Assembly: GCA_964016885.1 (NCBI GenBank)
Contig: OZ024760.1
Coordinates: 25,978,001 to 26,042,000 of the forward strand
DNA from: Eledone cirrhosa
Lineage: Eukaryota
Length of the DNA stretch: 64,000 nucleotides
Direction of reading: 5' to 3'
Part shown: in pieces, positions 14,721 through 27,298 of the stretch
Layout of the letters: the number at the start of each line of letters is the position of its first letter
Position numbering within the stretch: the first letter of the stretch is position 1
Program-made: the position numbers and the translations under genes
Notes under the pieces: model-generated
Databases searched by the model: none
Told to the model about the DNA's origin: nothing
The model's input: the letters and a program-made list of their open reading frames with translations, nothing else

Positions 14721-14932
14721 AAAAATGGAGTGCTGCGTGGTTGCACATGGGTTGCATATGAATAAAATTAGTCCTTCATCAGTGATCTTCCAACCTTCAT
14801 TGGTATTTCATCGCTTTAAAAATCATATACCTCTGGTTGGTGCGAGCAATAACTAAATAAAGTTATTGGGACAAGTAAAATAGGGTGAAACGAGCGAGAC
14901 ATGTAAACAAACAGAGATGGTATTGCAACGGA

Positions 14933-15097
14933 CCGTATTTCCCGGCACCGAAGACACTTTGTCCTCGAGGATGCACCCTAATTTTGACAACCAAAAATTT
15001 GAAAATAATAAACAGCCTTTGGCCTCCAGGACGCATGGTAGATTTGAGACTTATTTTAAGGGAAAAAAAGTAGCGACTTCGACGCCGGGAAATACGG
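14933..15097. mobile_element. Tc1/pogo-like MITE
   Basis: 14-bp TIRs CCGTATTTCCCGGC / GCCGGGAAATACGG. Confidence 0.7.
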
Positions 15098-15541
15098 CAT
15101 ATATATATATATATATATTGTATACACATACACTATATTTGATGTTGTCCAAGGGAGAGACAAAGGCCGATACAGCTTGGCACCCGTGGCATCGCAACTA
15201 ATTTCTACAGTTGAATTAGTTAGAGCAACGCGAAATAAAGTGTTTTGCTCAAGAGGACAGCGCACCGCCCGGACCAGGATTCGAACTCACAACCTTACGA
15301 TTGCGAGCTCAACGTTCTAACCACTCTGTAACGTGAACACTACATATAACATACATACCAAGATATATAACGTTATGCCAACAAAGAACAAGAATGAAGT
15401 TGTTCATTCTACTGACATGGCTTTAAAAACTAGGCTTGTTTCCATAATTGCAAACGAATTCAATGTTATTAATATTCGAAAAACTCAGATTACATAAATA
15501 GATATAGATTCATGAAAAAACGGGGGTGCCTTAATACTTAC

Positions 15542-15679
15542 AAAGGTCATCTCTCAAACCAGGCATGTCAAGGACACGTGATGGACTCGTTACCAACTTC
15601 CGTTTCTTTCTTTTTGGTGAGGAGAAAAACACATCATCGACATCAACTTGCCATGGAGGAGAAGTAACCGAACTTCGAC
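15542..15679 (-). CDS. CDC20: Cdc20-like coding exon 2
   Basis: CAG acceptor and GTAAGT donor, phase 1/1; RRSSVTSPPWQ...KRKKRKLVTSPSRVLDMPGLRDDL matches Cdc20 'RILDAPEIRNDYY' just before WD1. Confidence 0.85.
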
Positions 15680-16129
15680 CTGTGAGGTGATGAAAATTGA
15701 TTCAGTGAGGTGTAACATTGTTTTACGACCTTCAGACCGCAAAGAAAGCATATATATAGCCGTAGAGCAAATATTTATTAGTACAGATTAAAGTTTAAGC
15801 AAAGAATCTCTATTACGGGATCTTAGAGAAACTTTAACCCCCCCCCCCCCCCCCTACCAAAAAGAAAATTATATTATTATTAGAAAATGATATTATTATC
15901 ATATATTATAATTATATTATTAAAACAAAAAAATAATTGTTTCTACTTTAGGCACAAGGCCAGCAATTACTCAGTGCATTACTGGTACTTTATTTTATCG
16001 ACCCCGTAAGGATGAAAGACAAAGTTAACCTTGGCGGGATTAAAACAAAAAAATAATGGAAGTTAAAACAATATGTAAGAGTGACAAGACTTTCGGACCA
16101 CTCAGTGTGTGTGTATATATATATACATG

Positions 16130-16728
16130 TCAGGTCACCAGTTGGTGCTACTGGTAACATGTATCCCAGTACAACCCGTCTCATGGTCTGGTCGTTGGCG
16201 ACTAAACTGGCAACCCCACCAAAGTTTCTTGGTGAGGAGGGTGACTTTGGACATCCTGCAGGACTAAAAACAAAACCTGTCAAAGGGCAAAGGAGCTCTT
16301 AAGAGTCAATGGCCATCCAAAACCACCGGGAGAGATGACCCCTTAGCCTTTGTCAAGGCAGAATTCTAGGAGAAGGAAAACTCTGATATAACACCTGCAA
16401 CCCTGATGGTATCCAATGATGTTGACTTCTTTTTGGTAAATATCATCTTGGTTAAGAGAGTGGGACTGGCTTTGTGCAGTGCCTTTGCTCACTGTAAAAG
16501 CTTCACGGCACAGGCATTGCTTTATATCTGGAGATCTCTCTGCACTTGTCACATGGTACCATGGGCCCAGCATTATGTGTCAATAATTGTCACAAGTGTA
16601 GTGTTTGTACCAGAGTTTTCAAGTCGCTGGCTGGACTAAAAAGTCACACTCGTTCAGCGCATCGGTAGGGGTTCTCCTACACGGATATAAAGTAGTGGCC
16701 GTACTCGAAAACGAGTTGGCAGCCACCA
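16130..16728 (+). mobile_element. Internally deleted RTE-clade retroelement
   Basis: RTE-type 5' UTR motif (ctaggagaaggaaaactctgat) joined to the C-terminal C2H2 remnant KCSVCTRVFKSLAGLKSHTRSAHR*; 5' part repeated at 13315-13506. Confidence 0.55.
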
Positions 16729-16797
16729 TATATATATATATACTACCTTGATTAAATCTTAACCATTTAACATCTCAGGGTATGTCATGTATCATTA

Positions 16798-16977
16798 TTG
16801 GCAGTATCGGTAGAGGGTCGGACGCCATGATTTGACGCATAGAGTTACGGCCCTTGCCATTCTGAGTTCAAATCCCGCCGAGGTTAACTTTGCCTTTCAT
16901 CCTTACGGGGTCGATAAAATAAAGTACCAGTAATACACTGGGTAATTGCTGGCCTTGTGCCAAAAGTAGAAACAATT
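16798..16977 (+). mobile_element. tRNA-derived SINE, major family (about 30 full or partial copies in the window)
   Basis: A-box TGGCAGTATCGG, B-box GAGTTCAAATCC, core cctttcatccttacggggtcgataaaataaagtaccag, tail gtgccaaaagtagaaacaatt. Confidence 0.9.
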
Positions 16978-16978
16978 A

Positions 16979-17032
16979 TATTTTGTCTGATGAGGATGTA
17001 CTGTTGTACCTCCGAAATATGTATAATAAAAT
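16979..17032 (+). ncRNA. Type I hammerhead ribozyme motif (family A variant)
   Basis: CTGATGA GGAtGTAC tgtt GTACcTCC GAAA tatgta TA ataaaat; stem I attttgt/ataaaat. Confidence 0.7.
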
Positions 17033-17157
17033 GTAATTGATCAAAAGAACATCTATTTTTTTAATATTTGTATTTTAATATATACATATATATATATACA
17101 TATATTGCCTTAGTTCTTAATGTTAGAAAGCCAAGGATGGAATAATTCAAAACTTAC

Positions 17158-17464
17158 GAGTTTTAATTCCGTTTTTTGCCGTCAAGGGAAGCACATTCTC
17201 ATCATTGTTGTTCAAAGCAGCATTCAAATAAATTTGGTAATTTTCTGCATCGCTTTGTCCCAGACACGGTGTACTATGGCGGCGTGATTCGATCCCGTGC
17301 TCTTTGTTTGTGGAAACGACTTTCAAGTGGGCGTGGTCCACATTTAAGTTCGGCCTGTAAGGGATGTAGCGATCAAACGAAAACGTATGAGACGGCCTTT
17401 CCAGCAGAGTTGGACTAAAGACTGAAGAATCATCGAAGCTCTCGTGAATGGCTCTCCCAGCCAT
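17158..17464 (-). CDS. CDC20: Cdc20/Fizzy-family APC/C co-activator, coding exon 1
   Basis: ATG at 17464; MAGRAIHESF...FDRYIPYRPNL contains the C-box DRYIPxR; GTAAG donor at 17157, phase 1. Confidence 0.85.
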
Positions 17465-17697
17465 TTTGTCTGTTCTTATTTCAATAAGTTTAAAGTTTCT
17501 ATAATAATTTCCAAAATATTTCCTCTCTAATTTTCTTCGGGTTTTGGGGTTTTTTTTGTTCAGTAAAGGTTTTTAAATTTTTTCTTTGCTTATTTGGGGG
17601 GGATTTATTTTTTTTTTTTGGTTTTGTTTACAATGAAAACTTAACAAAGACTGTACTGTATGTACGGCGTCAAACTATCGTGGCGATACTAGTTGTA

Positions 17698-17744
17698 TTT
17701 GCCGCCATTATCTGGCGCATGCGCATCACGAGTCACGTGATTGG
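17698..17744 (-). promoter_or_regulatory. Putative promoter motif cluster of the Cdc20-like gene
   Basis: About 235-280 bp upstream of the ATG: TTTGCCGC (E2F consensus TTTSSCGC), GCCGCCATT (YY1-like), GCGCATGCGC (NRF1), GTCACGTGA (E-box), ATTGG (CCAAT on minus). Confidence 0.55.
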
Positions 17745-17860
17745 AAATGGGTATCTTGTAACGAAGAAAGAAAGGATATAGATGTGTGTGTGTCTATAAA
17801 TTAGCATATTTTACATTTAAAGAAGGAATCGGTTGCTACTACTTACCTCCACCCAACCTC

Positions 17861-18088
17861 CACACACACACACACACACACACACATACATACTCACACA
17901 TACACACACACACTCACACATACACACTCACTCACACACACACATACATATACACTCACACACTCACATACTCACACATACACACACACTCACACTCACA
18001 TACACTCACACATACACTCACACATACACAAACATACATACATACATACACACACACTCACATATACACACACAAACACTCACACACA
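17861..18088. repeat. Degenerate (CA)n microsatellite
   Basis: Direct inspection. Confidence 0.9.
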
Positions 18089-19039
18089 GGAAGATAGAAA
18101 GATATATAGACACAAGTGAGAAAGCCAGATCCGTCATTCTTTACCTTTTCCCTCTTTTTTCATTATTTGCTTTTGTTAAAGAAACCCTTATTATTGATGA
18201 ATAATTGTTTCTACTTTTGGCACAAGGCCAGCAATTACTCAGTGCATTACTGGTACTTTATTTTTTATCGACCCCGTAAGGATGAAAGGTAAAGTTAACC
18301 TCGGCGGGATTTGAACTCAGATCATAGAGGGGCGCAGTTCTATGCTGCAAAGCATGGCGTCAGACCCTCTACCGATACTGCCAATTCACAGCCCTTAATT
18401 ATTGGTAAATAATAAATAGTTGTTTCTACTTTAGGCACAAGGCCAGCAATTATCCAGTATATTACTGGTACTTTATTTTATCGACCCCGTAAGGATGAAA
18501 GGCAAAGTCAACCTCGGCGGGATTTGAACTCAGTCTGTAAATGGACGTAACAATGCTAGAAAGCATGGCGTCCAACCCTCTACCGATACTGCCAATTCAC
18601 CGAAATAATAAATAATAAAGAAACCATTATTTGATTTTGTTAAGGGTGGTGCATTGACAGAAACGGTAGAGAGTCGGACACCATGCTTTGCAGCATAGAG
18701 TTACGGCCCTTTATGATCTGGGTTCAAATCCCGCCGAGGTTAACTTTGCCTTTCATCCTTACGGCGTCGATAAAATAAAGTACCAGTAATGCACTGGGTC
18801 AATTTAATCGACTTTCTCCTCCTCGCCAAAATTGCTGGCCTTGTGTCTAAATAAGAAACCATTATTTGATTTTGTTTTTTATCTTTATATTTCATATTTC
18901 CATCATTGTATAACATCGTGAGATGGAATGGCTCTTCCAGCGCATCTTCCTTAAACATCCTCCGCGGAAACACCTTCTCCACTCTGTCCCGCCAGGACCG
19001 TGGGGCGGCCAGCACGTGGGACCCCATTTGCTCATAATA

Positions 19040-19760
19040 CAGAGAGATAGTGGGGCAGCGAGAGAGATGGAGGTGATGACAGAGAGAGTTTGGCTCCTCT
19101 GTGTCAGGACGTGGTGTACATGAGAGAGATGGGGAGGGCGAGAGAGATGGAGGTGATGACAGTGGGAGTTTGGCTCCTCTGTGTTCGGACCTGGTGTACA
19201 TGAGAGAGAGATGGGGAGGACGAGAGAGATGGAGGTGATGACAGTGGGAGTTTGGCTCCTCTGTGTTCGGACCTGGTGTACATGAGAGAGATTGGGAGGG
19301 TGAGAGAGATGGAGGTGATGACAGTGGGAGTTTGGCTATTCTCTGATCGGACCTGGTGTACATGAGAGAGATTGGGAGGGTGAGAGAGATGGAGGTGATG
19401 ACAGTGGGAGTTTGGCTCCTCTGTGTTCGGACCTGGTGTACATGAGAGAGATTGGGAGGGTGAGAGAGATGGAGGTGATGACAGTGGGAGTTTGGCTATT
19501 CTCTGATCGGACCTGGTGTACATGAGAGAGATTGGGAGGGTGAGAGAGATGGAGGTGATGACAGTGGGAGTTTGGCTATTCTCTGATCGGACCTGGTGTA
19601 CATGAGAGAGATTGGGAGGGTGAGAGAGATGGAGGTGATGACAGTGGGAGTTTGGCTATTCTCTGATCGGACCTGGTGTACATGAGAGAGATTGGGAGGG
19701 TGAGAGAGATGGAGGTGATGACAGAGGGAGTTTGGCTCCTCCGTGTTCGGACTTGGTGTG
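19040..19760. repeat. 80-bp minisatellite, about 9 copies
   Basis: Unit tgagagagatggaggtgatgacagtgggagtttggct...acctggtgtacatgagagagattgggaggg. Confidence 0.9.
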
Positions 19761-19790
19761 CAGCATCAGTTGTCCGTAAGGAGGTACTGG

Positions 19791-19835
<45 letters not shown>

Positions 19836-19837
<2 letters not shown>

Positions 19838-20044
19838 CGAAGGAAATGTGGTAAGGAACCAGATGGACCATAACGCACCAGAGTACTCAATACTTAGGGT
19901 ATTAGAGTGGGTAATAGGAAAATGTATGACCCCGACGGCAGAGCTCAAGCCGTTTCGACGGCTATTTCTGGACAGTAATAGCCGTCCAGAAATAGCCGTC
20001 GAAACGGCTTGAGGTCTGCTGTCGGGGTCATACATTTTCCTATA
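19836..20044 (-). mobile_element. Penelope-like element with fold-back end and hammerhead 3' half
   Basis: About 60-bp arms and a 10-nt loop (19913-20044); sense strand reads GAAACGGC-loop-GCCGTC then GGGGTC; flanked by (TA)n; other copies at 29737-29917, 26660-26783, 29417-29490. Confidence 0.6.
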
Positions 20045-20057
20045 TATACAAATTTTG

Positions 20058-20122
20058 TATTTTATCTGATGAAAGCGCACCAAGATTGCCTTGGTCGCCC
20101 TTGAAATATATATAGTAAAATA
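20058..20122 (+). ncRNA. Type I hammerhead motif (family A)
   Basis: CTGATGA at 20066; GAAA followed by palindromic ATATATAT stem III; stem I tattttat/gtaaaata. Confidence 0.6.
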
Positions 20123-20252
20123 ATTATGGTTTTATAAATATAGTTTCCATTTATTAATATATTGAATATTTACTCCAGTAAACTGTTGGGTGCTCTATAT
20201 CAGTTATAAACTTTTAAGTTTGTTGGAAACCCAACAAATTAAATATAACTTC

Positions 20253-20310
<58 letters not shown>

Positions 20311-20714
20311 TGTTCTCTATTATTAATAGACTATAATATAGTAATAAAACTGTTATTTACTGGGGTGGGGAGGGTTGTAAAATATATTTGATATAATAAA
20401 AATCTGGTGGAGTTGTAAGGACACTCTGGTGACATACAGCAGTTCCTGGGTATTTTAAAAATAGGGCACAGCCCATCTCCCTAGGTCTGAACACTTTGGT
20501 CGATTACTTCTTGAGAAGGAGAGAGAGAGGGTGATGTTGCTCCAGTATACTCAACTGAAAATTAGTACCAACAATTACTGGGAGTTTAACCCTTTGATGG
20601 ACTGGCGTTCTGTCCACGGGAGGGGCGGGGGAGTATTGTACTCCCAGTCGCTTAACACAATGGAAAACGGGATTATCACCAGCCAGGTGAGCCTCTGAAC
20701 TCGAGACTTTAGAC

Positions 20715-23700
20715 CAGTGGCGTGAAACAGGCGACCAGTGGCGTGAAACAGGCGACCCGCGGGCCACAATCTGACCCGCCAGACCATTGAAAGTGGTACG
20801 CGATGACCGTTTTTAATTTTTATCTTGTAGGCTTATTTAGAATTTTTTTCGTAACCGTAATACAATTTTCTGTTAGTTGACCTATACTAAAGATCTTCAT
20901 TGATAGGGTTATGTGTGTTATAATTTCCCGGTTGACCTATCCTAAAGGGCTTCACTGATAGGGTTATGTGTGTTATAGTTTCCCAGTTGACCTATACTAA
21001 AGGGTTTCACTGATAGGGTTATATGTGTTATAATTTCCCAGTTGACCTATACTAAAGGACTTCACTGATAGGATTATGTGTGTTATAATTTCCCGGTTGA
21101 CTTAAACTAAAGGGTTTCACTGATCGGGTTATATGTGTTATAATTTCCCAGTTGACCTATACTAAAGGGCTTCACTGATAGGGTTATGTGTGTTATAGTT
21201 TCCCAGTTGACCTATACTAAAGGGCTTCACTGATAGGGTTATGTATGTTATAATTTACCAGTTGACCTATACTAAAGGGCTTCACTGATAGGGTTATGTG
21301 TGTTATAGTTTCCCAGTTGACCTATACTAAAGGGCTTCACTGATAGGGTTATGTGTGTTATAATTTCCCAGTTGATCTATACTAAAGGGCTTCACTGATA
21401 GGGTTATGTGTGTTATAATTTACCGGTTGACCTATACTAAAGGGCTTCACTGATAGGGTTATGTGTGTTATAGTTTCCCAGTTGACCTATACTAAAGGGC
21501 TTCACTGATAGGGTTATATGTTATAATTTCCCGGTTGACCTATACTAAAGGGCTTCACTGATAGGGTTATGTGTGTTATAATTTACCGGTTGACCTATAC
21601 TAAAGGGCTTCACTGATAGGGTTATGTGTGTTATAGTTTCCCAGTTGACCTATACTAAAGGGCTTCACTGATAGGGTTATGTGTGTTATAGTTTCCCAGT
21701 TGACCTATACTAAAGGGCTTCACTGATAGGGTTATGTATGTTATAATTTACCAGTTGACCTATACTAAAGGGCTTCACTGATAGGGTTATGTGTGTTATA
21801 GTTTCCCAGTTGACCTATACTAAAGGGCTTCACTGATAGGGTTATGTGTGTTATAATTTCCCAGTTGATCTATACTAAAGGGCTTCACTGATAGGGTTAT
21901 GTGTGTTATAATTTACCGGTTGACCTATACTAAAGGGCTTCACTGATAGGGTTATGTGTGTTATAATTTCCCGGTTGACCTGTACTAAAGGGTTTCACTG
22001 ATAGGGTTATGTGTATTATAGTTTCCCAGTTGACCTATACTAAAGGGCTTCACTGATAGGGTTATGTGTGTTATAATTTCCCAGTTGACCTACACTAGAG
22101 GGCTTCACTGATAGGGATATGTGTGTTATAATTTCCTGGTTGACCTATACTAAAGGGCTTCACTGATAGGGATATGTGTGTTATAATTTCCCAGTTGATC
22201 TATACTAAAGGGCTTCACTGATAGGGATATGTGTGTTATAATTTCCCAGTTGACCTATACTAAAGGGCTTCACTGATAGGGTTATGTGTGTTATAATTTC
22301 CCAGTTGATCTATACTAAAGGGCTTCACTGATAGGGTTATGTGTGTTATAATTTACCGGTTGACCTATACTAAAGGGCTTCACTGATAGGGTTATGTGTG
22401 TTATAGTTTCCCAGTTGACCTATACTAAAGGGCTTCACTGATAGGGTTATGTGTGTTATAATTTCCCGGTTGACCTGTACTAAAGGGTTTCACTGATAGG
22501 GTTATGTGTATTATAGTTTCCCAGTTGACCTATACTAAAAGACTTCACTGATAGGGTTATGTGTGTTATAATTTCCCGGTTGACCTATACTAAAGGGCTT
22601 CACTGATAGGGTTATGTGTGTTATAATTTCCCAGTTGACCTACACTAAAGGGCTTCACTGATAGGGATATGTGTGTTATAATTTACCGGTTGACCTATAC
22701 TAAAGGGCTTCACTGATAGGGTTATGTGTGTTATAATTTCCCAGTTGACCTATACTAAAGGGCTTCACTGATAGGGATATGTGTGTTATAATTTCCCGGT
22801 TGACCTATACTAAAGGGCTTCACTGATAGGGTTATGTGTGTTATAATTTCCCAGTTGACCTATACTAAAGGGCTTCACTGATAGGGTTATGTGTGTTATA
22901 ATTTCCCGGTTGACCTATACTAAAGGGCTTCACTGATAGGGTTATGTGTGTTATAATTTCCCAGTTGACCTATACTAAAGGGCTTCACTGATAGGGTTAT
23001 GTGTGTTATAATTTCCCAGTTGACCTATACTAAAGGGCTTCACTGATAGGGTTATGTGTGTTATAATTTCCCAGTTGACCTATACTAAAAGACTTCACTG
23101 ATAGGGTTATGTGTGTTATAATTTCCCGGTTGACCTATACTAAAGGGCTTCACTGATAGGGTTATGTGTGTTATAATTTCCCATTTGACCTATACTAAAG
23201 GACTTCACTGATAGGGTTATGTGTGTTATAATTTCCCGGTTGACCTATACTAAAGGGCTTCACTGATAGGGTTATGTGTGTTATAATTTCCCAGTTGACC
23301 TATACTAAAAGACTTCACTGATAGGGTTATGTGTGTTATAATTTCCCAGTTGACCTATACTAAAGGGCTTCACTGATAGGGTTATGTGTGTTATAGTTTC
23401 CCAGTTGACCTATACTAAAGGGCTTCACTGATAGGGTTATGTGTGTTATAATTTACCGGTTGACCTACACTAAAGGGCTTCACTGATAGAGTTATGTGTG
23501 TTATAATTTCCCAGTTGACCTATACTAAAGGGCTTCACTGATAGGGTTATGTGTGTTATAATTTCCCGGTTGACCTATACTAAAGGGCTTCACTAATAGG
23601 GTTATGTGTGTTATAGTTTCCCAGTTGACCTATACTAAAGGGCTTCACTCATAGGGTTATGTATGTTATAATTTCCCAGTTGACCTACACTAAAGGGCTT

Positions 23701-24095
23701 CACTGATAGAGTTATGTGTGTTATAATTTCACAGTTGACCTATACTAAAAGGCTTCACTGATAGGGTTAGGTGTGTTATAATTTCCCAGTTGACCTATAC
23801 TAAAGGGCTTCACTGATAGGGTTAGGTGTGTTATAATTTCCCAGTTCCATGTTATAGAAAGAAGTTGTAGTAAATCTTTGGAATAGTGTTTAATAAATAT
23901 TAATGGCCCTCATAGTTGTTCTGATAGGGTTATGTGTGTTATAATTTTCCCAGTTATATGTTATGGAAAGAAGTTGTGGTGAACCTTTGGAATAGTTTGT
24001 TTTCATTAGATTACATATTTTTGATAGTGACTGACCCTAATAGTTGTTCCAGTGTTCAAAAGTGGCCCGGCATTGGAATACGTTGCACACCCTTG
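20715..24095. mobile_element. hAT (Charlie-like) non-autonomous DNA transposon containing an expanded minisatellite
   Basis: Ends CAGTGGCGTG...gcgggccaca and gtggccc...gttgcacacccttg; 8-bp TSD CTTTAGAC at 20707-14 and 24096-103. Confidence 0.75.
20875..23846. repeat. 55-bp minisatellite, about 54 copies
   Basis: Unit tgacctatactaaagggcttcactgatagggttatgtgtgttataatttcccagt. Confidence 0.95.
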
Positions 24096-24647
24096 CTTTA
24101 GACTTTAGACTAGAATAAAAATCTTTACAGAAGAACAACTAAAAGAAGAAAAAAGAAAAAAGGTTTCAAGGGAAATAACTGAGTAAAAGGTTACTTCCCT
24201 TAGTTAAAAAGTGGAATTACCGGAGATGTTATGCAGTAAGGTTTACACCGGTGGGAAGGTAGAATCGTTAGAGTGTCGGACAAAATACTTTGTGGTATTT
24301 ACATGAAGTATGTGCACTAACGATCATATTTGTATTTGTATAATGGTTAAACCCGGTCGTCCAGCATCCGGCTGAGGTGTGGATTCTTTCTCGAATGTAA
24401 TGTCAGTTTCACATGCCTGCTTTACAGGTTTGTTTAAGAGTTACACCTGACTAGGAGGATCGTATTTTAATTATGCCCAACCCTGTATATACTTGACATA
24501 CTAACATTTGAATGGAGGTCACTAATTTATTTTCTTGAATCTGACGAAATAGAAAGAAATTGTTGTATCAGCGACCAACCAGGTTGCAAAGGATCGCAAA
24601 TCCGGGTAGAAGGAACAATTCTCTAACCACTCAGCCACACGCCTCCA

Positions 24648-24731
<84 letters not shown>

Positions 24732-24740
24732 GGTGGAGGC

Positions 24741-24896
<156 letters not shown>

Positions 24897-24953
24897 GAAA
24901 AATGGCGTAGGATAGAAGAAAGAAAAGGCACAGAAACGAAGAAAGGAATCCCC

Positions 24954-24998
24954 AGTCACTGAAGAGGTCACAGAGTGTGTGACGAAAGGACTATGACT
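24954..24998 (+). ncRNA. Minimal type I hammerhead ribozyme motif (family B)
   Basis: AGTCA CTGAAGA G GTCACA gagtg TGTGAC GAAA ggac TA TGACT; stem I AGTCA/TGACT. Confidence 0.7.
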
Positions 24999-25229
24999 AT
25001 ATATATATAAACAACTATCTGGTTGTGGAACCAACCAACCAACCAGAAATTTATAATTTATAAGTTTGTAGATTTGTAAATTTATAAATTTATAAATATA
25101 TAATAAATGGAAGTGAAAGCAACTGGTGCGTGTGTTTCTTATTGGCAACATGACCCTCCCAAAGTATAACAATATCGGTTTCAACACACGATTTCAGATA
25201 AAGAATCTTGCTAAACAAATTCAGAAACG

Positions 25230-25889
<660 letters not shown>

Positions 25890-25901
25890 CGTTGAAGTGA
25901 A

Positions 25902-26118
25902 GGCGTGTGGCTGAGTGGTTAGAGTATTGGATTCACAATCGTGAGGTTGTGAGTTCGATTCCTGAACCAGGCGATGCGTTATGTCCTTGAGCAAGACACT
26001 TTATTTCACGTTGCTCCTTCTACCTGGAGTTGCGACCGATAGATAGTATTAGCAATTGGAAAGACCAACGGAAACATAGTTTCCTCGGTCCGATTTGACT
26101 AAAATGTCGATCGACTAG
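25902..26118 (+). mobile_element. tRNA-derived CORE-type SINE (second family)
   Basis: A-box TGGCTGAGTGG, B-box GAGTTCGATTCC, CORE-like gtccttgagcaagacacttt; minus copies near 1075-1258, 13805-14095, 15142-15325, 47835-48030, 58400-58537. Confidence 0.8.
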
Positions 26119-26142
26119 AATATATATATATATACGCCTCCA

Positions 26143-26224
<82 letters not shown>

Positions 26225-26248
26225 GCCTCCACCATATATATATATATG

Positions 26249-26313
<65 letters not shown>

Positions 26314-26378
26314 AAATGAAGTAATTCCATCGGAAAAGTCCAGGAAAAAAGAGTGCTCTATGTAGGCAACAGAGCTTA

Positions 26379-26419
<41 letters not shown>

Positions 26420-26495
26420 TATGATGGCCTCCAAAAACAACGGTCAATTTGTAAAGGGGTACGTCAATGTCTATTTATAAAACTGTTATATATTG

Positions 26496-26560
26496 TATTT
26501 TGTCTGATGAAGGCACACCATAATGTAACTTGGTATCCTTGAAATATATATAATGAAATA
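26496..26560 (+). ncRNA. Type I hammerhead motif (family A)
   Basis: CTGATGA at 26504, GAAA at 26541, stem I tattttgt/atgaaata; an antisense copy lies at 26907-26972. Confidence 0.6.
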
Positions 26561-26599
26561 GATATGGTTTTATAAATATAGTTTCCATTTATTAATATC

Positions 26600-26662
<63 letters not shown>

Positions 26663-26833
26663 AAAAAGTATGACCCCGACGGCAGAGCTCATATTTTTTC
26701 CTATTAGCCACTCTACTACCCTAAGTATTGAGTACTCTGGTGCGTTATGATCCATCTGGTTCCTTACCACAATTCCCTTGTTATATATATATATATTTTA
26801 TATACAAATAAAAGGCAGAGTTAATAACTCATA

Positions 26834-26865
<32 letters not shown>

Positions 26866-27218
26866 CGATATTAAATAAATGGAAACTATATTTATAAAAC
26901 CATATTTATTTCATTATATATATTTCAGGGATATCATATTAACAATATGTTATGCCTTCTTCAGACAAAATACAATATAGACAGTTTTATAGATAAATAG
27001 ATTTGACATACCGTTCAACATCGACTTGTATTTGAAAAAGTTGATTTGGCAGTGAAAAATTGTAAACAGAAAGAAAGAAAGAAAGAAGGAAAGAAAGAAA
27101 GAAAACGAAGAAAAAGAATAAATGCATGCAACAAAATAGAGAGATGGAAAGATAGATAAAGAGAAGAACTTCATGTAAAGAAACAGAAAAAGAAACAGAA
27201 AAATTTAAATATAACTTT

Positions 27219-27298
<80 letters not shown>

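Noticed and set aside
16132-16215. Possible HDV-like ribozyme at the RTE 5' end (ccagt...gactaaactgg)
   Set aside because: A P2-like pairing and CUAA are present, but I could not build P1/P3/P1.1 by eye; it needs an RNArobo or Infernal search
20875-23846. Regular arrays as possible CRISPR
   Set aside because: Units are contiguous with no unique spacers, there are no cas genes, and the context is eukaryotic; the same holds for the 49-, 51-, 72- and 80-bp arrays
25902-25975. Possible tRNA gene
   Set aside because: A/B boxes continue into a CORE-like body and occur in many diverged copies, so it is a SINE head
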